64,000 nucleotides of DNA from assembly GCA_044222065.1 (NCBI GenBank), contig JBGAOA010000004.1, positions 1 through 64,000 of the forward strand. The letters are read 5' to 3'. Made by a program: the position numbers and the translations under genes. Position 1 is the stretch's first letter. Every line of letters starts with the position of its first letter. Positions 29,193-39,200 of this stretch are shown piece by piece. The stretch is from Candidatus Eiseniibacteriota bacterium (GTDB lineage: Bacteria; Eisenbacteria; RBG-16-71-46). Under the pieces are notes generated by a model. The model searched no databases, had not been told where the DNA came from, and worked only from the letters and a program-made list of their open reading frames with translations.

Positions 29193-31781
29193 CTAGCGGA
29201 CGACGCTGACCCTCGTGGTGGCGCGCTGGCCGCCCTGGGCGAGTTCGACGATGTAGAGGCCGGCCTCGAGCCCGCGCGTGTCGAGCTGGAGCGCGTGGCG
29301 GCCGGCGCCGAGCGAGGTGACGTCGCGGGAGCGCACGAGGCGTCCGGAGACGTCGTAGAGGTTCAAGCGCGCCGCCTCGCCGCTCGGCATCGCGAACGAG
29401 ACGAGGAAGCGGTCGCTCGCGGGGTTGGGCGTGACGCCCGCAAGCGAGAGCGCGGGGCGCGCCGGCACTTCGACGCGCGTCGCCGGCGACACGACGTCGC
29501 CGCCCGGATCGCGGACGCGCAGGCGGTAGTCGTAGCTCGAGCCGGGCGTCACGGCGAGGTCCAAGTAGTTCACGACGCCGCTGCCTTCCACCGCCACGTC
29601 CGCGACGAGGCTCCAGCCCGCCTCGGGTTCGAGCGCGGCCGAGGCGGAGCGCCGTTCGACCGACGCGCCGCCGCCTTCGTATCCGGCGGCGAACCAGCGC
29701 AGCGCGACGCGATCGGGCGCGGCGTCGTAGGCGACGAGCGAGACGGCGACCGGCGTCAGGCCGAGCGGCACGAGCGTCGTGTAGAGATCGGCGTTCCCGT
29801 TGCGGGCGTCGCCCCACGCCGCGGCGACGCGCACGGTGTCGGCGGTGAGCGAGATGTAGTCGCCCTGGTTCGGAATCAGGTTGCCGAGCTCGTTCGTCCA
29901 GTCGCTCGACACGTCGGTCAAGGCGCCGACCTCGATCCACGACGCGCCGCCGTTGTCGGAGCGCGCGAGGTACACGTTCGAGAACCCGCCGCAGTTCGCG
30001 GCCGGCGTGTCGCGCCAGTCGTACCACGCGACGTACGGCCGGCCGTTCTTCGGGTCGACCGCGACCTCGGGCAGGAAGTCGTCGTAGAGCGCGGCATCCT
30101 GATTGACGCGCGTCGGCGTGGACCACGCCGTGCCGCTGTTCGACGACGACGTCACGAACACGTCGCGATGGTCGCGCGAGCGCTCACCCGAGGTGATGGC
30201 GTTGAGCTGCGTCACGATGCGGTAGCCGCCCGTCGTGCTTTTGAGGTCGGCCGTGCGCAGGTAGTAGGTGCCGTTCGAGGGGATCGTGTACACGACGATG
30301 CACTGCTGCCCGGTGCCGAGCGAGGACGCGCCGAGGAACGTCGTTCCGTTCGAGCAGATGAGGCGCAGGCTGATCTCCGCGCCCGTGTCCACCGAGTCGA
30401 GGAACGCCACGATCGTCTGGCCGGCCGTGGCGGTGAACTTGAAGTAGTCGAAGTCGTTCGCGTCGATGAACCGCCCGCGCACGGCGTTCCCGACCGTGAA
30501 GTTGATTGCGGTGCCGGGCGTGTCGTTCGAGTGATTCTCGATCAGAGGCTCCGAGATGTTGCCGACCGGGAGCAAGTTCAGCTCGGGGTAGTAGTCCACG
30601 CTCTCGTTCCACGCGACGTACACGCGCCCGCGGTTCGCGCCGGGCGAGCGGTCCACGGCGAGCGACGGGAACCCGATTCCGCGCCGGCGATTGAAGCCCG
30701 GCGAACCCGTGGCGAAGTTGTCGTAGTAGTTGGACGGCGTGCGCTCCGTGCCGAACGTCGCGCCGGCGTTCGTGGACGCCTTGAAGCGGAAGTTGTCGAA
30801 GTTCGTGCTCGTGCTGATCTCGGCCCACGCGGTGTACACCTCGCCGTTCGGTCCCGTCGCGACGCGCGGCCCCTGCACGAGGCCGTTCGCGGCCGTGGAC
30901 GACAGCTTCGTCGCCGTTGCGGGCCAGGCGACGCCGTCGGCCGAGCGCTGGAACTCGATCTGCGCGCCGGTCGTCGCGAGGAAGTCCACGTAGATCACGT
31001 ACACGCTGTCGCTCGAGGAGTCGGCCGCGATCCACGGCTTGTCGAGGAAGTTGCTCCCCGAGTTGAGCAGTCGCGTGCGGTTCGTCGTGCCCCAGTTGAG
31101 CGTGTTGCCCGAGAACGTCGCGTTCGCGACGCCGATGCCGTTCCAGTTGACCGTCGAGTCGATCAGGCCGCACACGTAGAAGCGTCCCGTCTTCTCGTTC
31201 ACCGTGACGATCGGGTCGCTCACCCACGTCCAGTTCGTGCGCTTCGGCGGAATGCCGGCGTCGGTGAACGTCGCGCCGCCGTCGGTGGAGTAAGCGACGC
31301 CGAAGATGTCGTCGTTCGGCGCGGCGCGATCGAAGCCGTCGCCGTCGTTCCACGCCACGACGACGTAGTTGTTCCACACGGCGATGGACCCTTCGCTCTG
31401 TCCGGCGCCCGCGGGGACGAGGTCGTTCGCGGGGTCGTTCGCGCGGACGTTCGTGCCGAGCGCTTCGATCTGCGAGATCGATCGCCCGCGCAGCGAGGCG
31501 CTGGCCCGCGCCGGGCGATCGGCCTCGGCGAGCTTCTCGGGCGTGTACGGCCGCGCCCACGTTCCGGAGGGCGCGCGCTTCGTCTTCTTGTACTCCTTCC
31601 AGAGCTGCTGTGCGCGCGCGAGCCGCGCCTTCGCCTTCGCGTTCCAGACGTACTGCTTGAGTAGCTTGATGGGGAGCGGCTTCGCCGAAACCTCTTCGGC
31701 GGCGGTGGCGGACGGAATGACGGCGGCGAACGCGAGCGCGGACGCCAGCGCGGCGAAAGCGAGACGACGAAGCGGACGCAT
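29193..31781 (-). CDS. Secreted BNR/Asp-box protein, paralog of 26229-28895, with a CTD-like tail
   Basis: YSTDGGATF, ASTNAGATF, RSDNGGASW; shares QSE.., SDP, DK.W, VQG.R, PGFNR, PNQGDY with its neighbour. Confidence 0.82.
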   Translation of the reverse strand: MRPLRRLAFAALASALAFAAVIPSATAAEEVSAKPLPIKLLKQYVWNAKAKARLARAQQLWKEYKKTKRAPSGTWARPYTPEKLAEADRPARASASLRGRSISQIEALGTNVRANDPANDLVPAGAGQSEGSIAVWNNYVVVAWNDGDGFDRAAPNDDIFGVAYSTDGGATFTDAGIPPKRTNWTWVSDPIVTVNEKTGRFYVCGLIDSTVNWNGIGVANATFSGNTLNWGTTNRTRLLNSGSNFLDKPWIAADSSSDSVYVIYVDFLATTGAQIEFQRSADGVAWPATATKLSSTAANGLVQGPRVATGPNGEVYTAWAEISTSTNFDNFRFKASTNAGATFGTERTPSNYYDNFATGSPGFNRRRGIGFPSLAVDRSPGANRGRVYVAWNESVDYYPELNLLPVGNISEPLIENHSNDTPGTAINFTVGNAVRGRFIDANDFDYFKFTATAGQTIVAFLDSVDTGAEISLRLICSNGTTFLGASSLGTGQQCIVVYTIPSNGTYYLRTADLKSTTGGYRIVTQLNAITSGERSRDHRDVFVTSSSNSGTAWSTPTRVNQDAALYDDFLPEVAVDPKNGRPYVAWYDWRDTPAANCGGFSNVYLARSDNGGASWIEVGALTDVSSDWTNELGNLIPNQGDYISLTADTVRVAAAWGDARNGNADLYTTLVPLGLTPVAVSLVAYDAAPDRVALRWFAAGYEGGGASVERRSASAALEPEAGWSLVADVAVEGSGVVNYLDLAVTPGSSYDYRLRVRDPGGDVVSPATRVEVPARPALSLAGVTPNPASDRFLVSFAMPSGEAARLNLYDVSGRLVRSRDVTSLGAGRHALQLDTRGLEAGLYIVELAQGGQRATTRVSVVR

Positions 31782-31820
31782 GAGGGTCCTTCCCGGGGGC
31801 GCGAGGACGCGGCGTGGAGC

Positions 31821-32744
31821 CTAGTTGCGAAGCGTGGCCGGGGAAGTGCCGGCGAGCGCGGTCACGAACTCGATCAAGACGTGCGAGACCAGACTCGGCC
31901 ACAGCGAGCCACGGGCCAAGTCTCGCATCAGGCCCCACGCGAGACCAAGCGGGAAAACGACTCCCGCGAGGTAGAACGCCCACTCCGAGGGGGGCAACGC
32001 GAGGCCCGGCAGGTCGCGGAGGGCCCGGAGCGCGGTGTAGGCCAGCGCCGGCCCGAGGATCCGCATGCCCCGGCTCACCCGGCCGTCGAGCGAGGCCATG
32101 AGGTAGCCGCGGAAGAGCAGCTCGTCCGGGAGCGCCGAGCCGACGGAGGCGTGGAGTGCCGCGAACACGAGCAGGTCGGCGTCGAGGCGGGCGCCCTTCG
32201 CGAACAGCTCCCGGTAGGGTCCGATCGCGAACAGCGTCGCGGCGGCGACGCCCAGGAGCAGCGCGAGCAGCATGCGGCCGGCCGGAGCGCCGCGGAAGCC
32301 GAGGGCCGCGAGCGGGCGGCGCTCGGCGACGACCGTGACCCAGACGAACACGCCGAGCGTGATGAACACGACGTCGGCGAGCGCGAGCAGCCACGGGTTG
32401 CGCACGTCGCCCGCGAGCGCCGGCGCGATCACGCGCGTGAAGCACGCCGCGACGAGTCCGTAGAGGAGCGCGTAGAGCAGCGCGCGCCGCGTGCCCTCGG
32501 GCGACTCGAGCGGTCCGTGGCGGCGGTTCGCGGTCAGGATGCCGAGCCCGGCGGCGAGCAGCACGAAGCCCGCGAGCAGCCAGTGGAGCAGCGGGCGCGG
32601 ATCGGCGGGAGTCGCCGGCGCGCTCGCGTGCGGCGTCAGCGCCGGGACCGCGACGAGCGGGATCGCGAGCGCCGGCAGCGCCCACAGCAGCGTGACGCGA
32701 TCGCGCGCCGCGCGCCGTGCGAAGTCGCCCGCGGATTCGTTCAT
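31821..32744 (-). CDS. CPBP (Abi/CAAX protease-like) intramembrane protein with degenerate motifs
   Basis: Multiple TM segments; PDELLFRGYL; GSLWPSLVSH. Confidence 0.75.
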   Translation of the reverse strand: MNESAGDFARRAARDRVTLLWALPALAIPLVAVPALTPHASAPATPADPRPLLHWLLAGFVLLAAGLGILTANRRHGPLESPEGTRRALLYALLYGLVAACFTRVIAPALAGDVRNPWLLALADVVFITLGVFVWVTVVAERRPLAALGFRGAPAGRMLLALLLGVAAATLFAIGPYRELFAKGARLDADLLVFAALHASVGSALPDELLFRGYLMASLDGRVSRGMRILGPALAYTALRALRDLPGLALPPSEWAFYLAGVVFPLGLAWGLMRDLARGSLWPSLVSHVLIEFVTALAGTSPATLRN

Positions 32745-33208
32745 GCGTGGTAGCCCACGGTCATCCACCACAACGCGACGAGCAGCAGCACCGAGAGCGC
32801 GACGTTCGCGAAACGCGCGCGGGCGAGCGCGCGCGACCAGTCGGCGGCGTGCGCGTCGGCGCCGGCCGCGCGCGCGATCTTCTCGAGGCGCGCGGCGGCG
32901 GGGCGCGCGACCGCGAGCAGCACGAACAGCTTGAGCGCCCACAGCCCGTTCGCGGCGTGCAGCCACGGGTCCTTCGCGAACGAGCGGCCGCCGACGATCG
33001 CGAGCGCGTTCCCGAAGAACGCGAGCACGAGGAGCGAGGGCACCGCGACGACCTGGGTCGTGGTCTTCACGACCGCGAAGTGCGCGGCGCGTTCGTTCCA
33101 GTCCTGCGTGCGGCGCGCGAAGCGGATGTTCCACTCCGCGGCGAACAGCGCACCGCCATAGGCGAATGCGAAGAGGACGTGGGCGAACTCGAACCAGCTC
33201 GGGGTCAT
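32741..33208 (-). CDS. Four-TM membrane protein (DUF2269-like)
   Basis: FAHVL motif, four hydrophobic helices; GGAGG RBS; ATGA overlap with the next gene. Confidence 0.6.
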   Translation of the reverse strand: MTPSWFEFAHVLFAFAYGGALFAAEWNIRFARRTQDWNERAAHFAVVKTTTQVVAVPSLLVLAFFGNALAIVGGRSFAKDPWLHAANGLWALKLFVLLAVARPAAARLEKIARAAGADAHAADWSRALARARFANVALSVLLLVALWWMTVGYHA

Positions 33209-33463
33209 CGCGTGCCTCCCTGCGGTCCCGCACGGCGCTCCGGGTGCGCCGCGCGCGCAGTGTACGGAGCGCCGCCCGCGCCGCCTACGGAAACGTTTGC
33301 CGCACGCGCGAGCGGCGACGCGGCGCCGTCGTCGTCGGCCCGGTCCGGGCGGGCGCGCGCGTTGCGAGGCGCGTTCGCGCGGCGCAGTATGGCGCGGGGG
33401 CGGGCGCCGTGACGCGGGGAGGTCCCGGGGGGCGCGCCCGCCCGAGCCACAGGCAGGCCGGAC

Positions 33464-35095
33464 ATGAAACCGATTCTCGACATCGCTCGTGCGCTGGGAC
33501 TCGATCCCGCGCACGTCGAACCGTACGGACACTGGAAGGGCAAGGTCTCACTCCAGGCGCTCGAGGGCCGCGAACCCAAAGGGCGCCTGATCCTCGTTTC
33601 GGCGATCACGCCGACGCCCGCGGGCGAGGGCAAGACCACGACGACCGTGGGGCTCGTGCAGGGACTCGCGAAGAACGGCGTGAAGGCGGCGGCGGCGCTG
33701 CGCGAACCGTCGCTCGGGCCCTACCTCGGCATGAAGGGCGGCGGCTCCGGCGGCGGCGCGTCGCAGGTCGAGCCCGCGAACGACATCAACCTGCACTTCA
33801 ACGGCGACATCCACGCCGTGACGAGCGCGCACAACCTGCTCGCCGCGATGGTGGACAACCACCTGCACCACGGGAACGCGCTCGGGCTCGACTCGCGCCG
33901 CATCCTGTGGAAGCGCGTGCTCGACATGAACGATCGCGCGCTGCGCGACATCGTCATCGGGCTCGGCGGAAAGAGCGAAGGCATCCCGCGCGAGACCGGC
34001 TTCGACATCACGGCCGCGAGCGAGGTGATGGCGATCCTGTGCCTCGCGAACGGCGTCGCCGACCTGAAGGCGCGGCTCGGCCGCATCGTCGTGGGCTTCC
34101 GCGGCGACGGCACGCCGGTGCACGCGAGCGAGCTCAAGGCCGTCGGCGCGATGGCCGCGCTCCTCAAGGACGCGGTGAAGCCGAACCTCGTGCAGACGAC
34201 CGAGGGCGTGCCGGCGTTCGTGCACGGCGGGCCGTTCGCGAACATCGCGCACGGCACGAACACCGTGAACGCGACGCGCATGGCGCTGTCGTACGCGGAC
34301 TGCGTAGCGACCGAAGCGGGATTCGCGTTCGAGCTCGGCGCCGAGAAGTTCTTCGACATCAACTGCCGCTACGGCGGCTTCGCGCCGAGCCTCACCGTGC
34401 TCGTCGCGACGCTGCGCGCGCTCAAGATGCACGGCGGCGTGCCGCTCGCGAAGGTGAACGAGCCCGACCCGGCCGCGGTCGCGCGCGGACTCGCGAACCT
34501 CGAGAAGCACGTCGAGAACATCCGCAAGTTCGAGCAGCGCTGCGTCGTCGCGATCAACCACTTCCCGGCCGACACCGACGTCGAGATCGCGGTCGTGAAG
34601 AAGCACTGCGAGGTGCTGGGACTGACGGCCGTCGTGTCGAAGCCGTTCTCGGAGGGCGGCGAGGGCTGCCGCGAACTCGCCGAGGTCGTGTGGGCGACCG
34701 CGCAGAAGGGCGAGCCCGCCTTCAAGCCGCTCTACGAGTGGAGCGACTCGATCGAGAAGAAGATCGCGACCGTCGCGAGCGAGATGTACGGCGCCGAGGC
34801 CGTGGACTACACGGCCAAGGCGAAGCGCGACCGGAACCAGCTCGAGAAGCTCGGCTTCGGGGGGCTTCCCGTGTGCATCGCGAAGACGCAGCAGTCGCTG
34901 TCGGACAACCCCGCATTGCTCGGCCGGCCGAAGGACTTCCTCGTCACGGTGCGCGAGATCCAGCTGTCGGCCGGCGCCGGGTTCATCGTTCCGATCACGG
35001 GCGAGATCATGCGCATGCCGGGGCTCCCGTCGGCGCCGCTCGCCGAGCGCTTCGACCTGGACGACTCGGGCGAGATCGTGATGCGCGAGGGGTAG
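33464..35095 (+). CDS. fhs: Formate--tetrahydrofolate ligase
   Basis: TPTPAGEGKTT, REPSLGP, INLHFNGD, HGGPFANIAHG, MRMPGLP. Confidence 0.97.
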   Translation: MKPILDIARALGLDPAHVEPYGHWKGKVSLQALEGREPKGRLILVSAITPTPAGEGKTTTTVGLVQGLAKNGVKAAAALREPSLGPYLGMKGGGSGGGASQVEPANDINLHFNGDIHAVTSAHNLLAAMVDNHLHHGNALGLDSRRILWKRVLDMNDRALRDIVIGLGGKSEGIPRETGFDITAASEVMAILCLANGVADLKARLGRIVVGFRGDGTPVHASELKAVGAMAALLKDAVKPNLVQTTEGVPAFVHGGPFANIAHGTNTVNATRMALSYADCVATEAGFAFELGAEKFFDINCRYGGFAPSLTVLVATLRALKMHGGVPLAKVNEPDPAAVARGLANLEKHVENIRKFEQRCVVAINHFPADTDVEIAVVKKHCEVLGLTAVVSKPFSEGGEGCRELAEVVWATAQKGEPAFKPLYEWSDSIEKKIATVASEMYGAEAVDYTAKAKRDRNQLEKLGFGGLPVCIAKTQQSLSDNPALLGRPKDFLVTVREIQLSAGAGFIVPITGEIMRMPGLPSAPLAERFDLDDSGEIVMREG

Positions 35096-35264
35096 GCGGA
35101 CGCCTCTCCTCTATAAGTAGAGGCGGTGGAGATTCCGGCGAGGCGCCGGGGCCGAGGGCTCCGGCGCCTCGAACCGTCTTCGCGCCCGCGCGTGATTCGC
35201 CGCGGGCGCGCCCGGTCTCACCGGGTGTCGCTCGCGCCCGTCTGGTTCCCGGAGGCTGCCCACC

Positions 35265-36185
35265 GTGTCACTCCTCGCACGCTTCAACTTCCGCCGTGCC
35301 GTCGCCCTCGCCCTTGCCCCCGTTATCGCCGCAGGGCTCACCGCGGGCCACGCGCGTGCGGACCGCCTGGACTTCGACGACGTGGACACGGTCGCCCCGC
35401 CGTTCTTCGTCGTGCTCGATCCGTTCCGTTACGCGGGCTCGGGCGCCGTGATCCGCGCCTATCCGAACCCCGGCGACTCGGCGCTCGTGATCCGCGCGCC
35501 CCACTTCGGAAACGGCGCGACCTCGGCGCCGAACGCGCTCGCGATGCCCTTCCGGGCCCAGGGCGGCGCCACCGGCGTTGCGATCGCGTTCTTCGATCCC
35601 GCGAACGGTTGCCCCGCGACCGTGGGCTTCGTGCGCGCGCAGGTCGGTGATCTGTCGGCCGAGGAGGACCCGGTGACGATGACCGCCTTCGGCCTCGACG
35701 GATCCCCCCTCGGATCGTCGAGTTTCACTTCGCCCTTTGGCGGCGGCTTCGGGCTCGTGAACATCGCGACGCCGGGGATCCATCGCGTCGAGATCGTGGA
35801 CGAGAGTTCGAGCGGCGCCGACATCGACGATCTCGAGTTCGGGTCTCTCGCGGCCGATCCCGTGTGCCTCGCCTCGGCCGACGACGGAGTCGCCGGCTTC
35901 GCGGCCGCGTCGCTCCGCGTGGTGCCGAATCCGGTGCGCGGCTTCGCCCGCGTCGAGCTGGCGCTCCACGAGCCGGCGGACGTGCGCGCGGACGTCGTGG
36001 ACGTCTCGGGGCGTCTCGTCACGACGCTCCACTCCGGACCGCTTTCGGCCGGTGAGCACGCCTTCCTCTGGGCGGGCGTGGACGGTTCCGGCCGGGCCCT
36101 CGGCGCCGGGGTGTACTTCGTGCGCGTCGAAACCGCGGGCCGAAGCCTGGTCCGCCGGGTGGCGCTGGTCGCCCGGGCTCGCTGA
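35265..36185 (+). CDS. Secreted small beta-sandwich protein with an FlgD-Ig-like C-terminal domain
   Basis: Signal peptide; LDFDD...IDDLEF domain; PNPVRG...DVSGRLV...W.G.D.SG..LGAGVYFVRV. Confidence 0.72.
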   Translation: MSLLARFNFRRAVALALAPVIAAGLTAGHARADRLDFDDVDTVAPPFFVVLDPFRYAGSGAVIRAYPNPGDSALVIRAPHFGNGATSAPNALAMPFRAQGGATGVAIAFFDPANGCPATVGFVRAQVGDLSAEEDPVTMTAFGLDGSPLGSSSFTSPFGGGFGLVNIATPGIHRVEIVDESSSGADIDDLEFGSLAADPVCLASADDGVAGFAAASLRVVPNPVRGFARVELALHEPADVRADVVDVSGRLVTTLHSGPLSAGEHAFLWAGVDGSGRALGAGVYFVRVETAGRSLVRRVALVARAR

Positions 36186-36294
36186 CCGGCGACCCGAGGC
36201 GCGGGGCGTGATTTCCGGTGCACGGCGCCGGTCTCACCGCGCAGGGCTCCCTCGGCCTCTTTGCCACGCCTGCTCTCGCTCCGGAGGTCCCACC

Positions 36295-39200
36295 GTGCGT
36301 TCCTCGCGCCCGCTCGTCCGCGCGCTCGCCGCGCTCCTGTGCGCGGCTCCGCTCCTCGCGCCGTCCCTCGCTTCGGCGCTCTCGATCGCCGAGATCGTCG
36401 CTGCGAGTTCGTCGACCGTTCGTCGCGGTCAAGCCGTCTCGGGCGGCTTCGACTTCGACGGCGACGGCGTCCCGGACGGCGTCGTCGGCCAGCCGCTCGA
36501 CGACAGCCCGGGGGTGAACTCGGGATCGGCGCTCTGGGGCAAGTACTCGGCGCTCTCTCAATCGATCGCGTTCACCCTGCTCAATGGCGCCGCCGCGGGC
36601 GACAGCCTCGGTTGGTCGGTCGTGATGATGCGCGACTTCAACAACGACGGTTACGCCGACATCGCCGTCGGCGCGCCGGGCGCAAACAACGCCGCGATCC
36701 AGAGCGCGGGCAAGGTGTTCGTGTACTACGGCGGACCCACGGCCGACGGGGTCGCGGACCTGACGCTGAGCGGCACGCTCGCGGGAGCGAGTTTCGGCTG
36801 GGCGCTCGCGAGTGGGGACGTGAACGGAGACGGGGTCAGCGATCTCATCGTCGGAGCACCGGGAGAGGACGCGCTCGGGATCATCTCGGACGCGGGAACG
36901 GTCTACGTCTTCCTCGGCAGCTCCTCCCCGAGCATCGCGCCGGCCTTCACGATGAACGGCACTTCCGCCGGACAACGGATCGGTGACGCACTCGTCTCCG
37001 GCGGCGACATCAACCAGGACGGCTTCGACGATCTCGTGATCGGCCGGCCGCTCGCGGACGACGGCGGCGCGGATTCGGGCGCGCTCGCGGTCCACTACGG
37101 CGGAACGAATCTTCCGATCGTGGCGCTCACGATCACCGGCGCCGCGGGCGACCAGCTCGGCGCGTCGCTCGCGCTGCTCGACATGAACGGCGACGGCTAC
37201 GACGACCTCGCGGTCGGTTCGCCGAACGCCACGACCGGAACGGGACGCGTCACCGTGTACGCGGGCGGCTCCGAGATGAGCGCGACGGCGAGCCTCACGA
37301 TCGCGGGCGTCGTTGCGAGCGGGAACTTCGGCGCCGCGGTGTGCGGCGGCGACTGGAACGGCGACGGCTTCGACGACCTCGCCGTGGGCGCGCCCGCCGC
37401 GGGACTCCAGACGCACGGTTCGGTGCGCGCCTACTTCGGCGGCGCTGCGTTCAACGGCACGGTGGACCTGAGCTTCGGCGGCCAGAGCCTGATCTACGCG
37501 TTCGGCGCGGCGATCTCGAGCTTCGGCGACATGGACGGTGACGGCCACGACGATCTCGGCGTGGGCTGCCCGACGAACATCACGACTTCGCAACTCGTGA
37601 CGTGCTTTCCCTACGCGTTCCGGTTCGTCGAACCGCGCGCAGGCGGAACGCTGTTCGGCGGCCGCGACGCGACCGTGCGCTGGCAGGGCCGCGACCCGGC
37701 CGACCTCGCGCTGTCGCTCGATGGCGGCGCGAGTTGGACGACGCTCGGCGCGAGCATCGGCGGGCAGGACGAGAACGCGTGGACGTTCACGCCGCCGCTC
37801 GTGCCGAGCGAACACGCGCGGCTCAGGCTCACGATCGCGGGGCAGAGCGCGACGCGCGCGAACAGCCGCGTGATGGCGGGCGATCTGCGCATCGTGGCGC
37901 TGCCCGACGCGCACGCCGTGACGAGCCGCGTGGACCTCGAGTTCGACGGCGCGGCCGGCGCGCGCAACGGTTTCGGTCTCGCGATCGCCGACGTGAACGG
38001 CGACGGCCGCGGAGACCTGTGCGTGGGCGTGCCGAACCCGCCGCCCGGCGCGGTGAGGATCTACTTCGGCGCGCAGCACACCGACGGCGTGCCGGACCTG
38101 ACGCTCACCGGCGTCGGCGGCGGGAACGCGCTCTTCGGCGCGACGATCGCCGACGTCGGCGACGTCAACGGCGACGGCTACGGCGACCTGCTCGTCGGCG
38201 CGCCCGAGTACACGGGCACGTTCGCGCGCGAAGGGCGCGCGTTCCTGTACTTCGGCGGCCCGCTCTCCGACGCGACCGCCGACCTCACGATCGCGAACCC
38301 GACGCCCGCGGCCGACGACCGCTTCGGCGCCTCGCTCTCCGGCGTCGGCGACTTCAACAACGATGGCGGAAACGACTTCGTGATCGGGGCGCCGTTCGAC
38401 GACGCGAGTTCGGCCGACTGCGGCGTGTTCCAGTTCTACCTGGGCGGCGCGGCGCTGGACGCCACCTCGGACGGCTTCGACGACGGCGCCGTCGGCGACC
38501 GGCTCGGAAGCGCGCTCGCGGGCGTCGGCGACGTGACCGGCGACGGTCTGCCCGACTTCGCGATCGGCTCGCCGTTCGCGGACTTCAACGGCGCCGACAG
38601 CGGCGAGCTGTTCTTCCAGTCGGGGTCCGTGGCGCTGTCGCTCTTCAATGCGAACGACTTCGTGTTCGGCGGCTCGCTCGCGGGCGAGCAGCTCGGCTCG
38701 GCGCTCGCGACCGGCGACTTCGACGGCGACGGACGCACGGACATCGCGGCACTCGCGGCCGGCAACCTGCTCGCGCCGCGCGTGTACCTGTGGCTGTCGT
38801 ACGACGGCGTGATGGAATCGGAGCCCGACGTCGCGCTCACGCCCGCGCTCGGCACGGATCGCCTGAAGACGCTCGCGGCCGGCGACCTGAACGGCGACGG
38901 CGTGGACGACCTCGCGATCGGCGCGATCCAGGATCCCTCGATCGGCACGACGCGCGGACGGGTCGGCGTGTACTACGGCGGCGGATTGCTGGACGGCGCC
39001 GAGGACCTGGACCTCTCGGGCCCCGCGAACGGCGATTCGATGGGGCTCGCGATCGCGGTCGGCGATCTCGCGGCCGACGGCTTCGCCGACCTGGCGATCG
39101 GCATGCCGGGCGTGACGAGCGGCGCGGGCCGCGTGCGCGTGCTCGACTACGGCCGCTACCACCTGTCGGCGCCGGCTTCGGGCGTGACGTGGCCCGTCGG

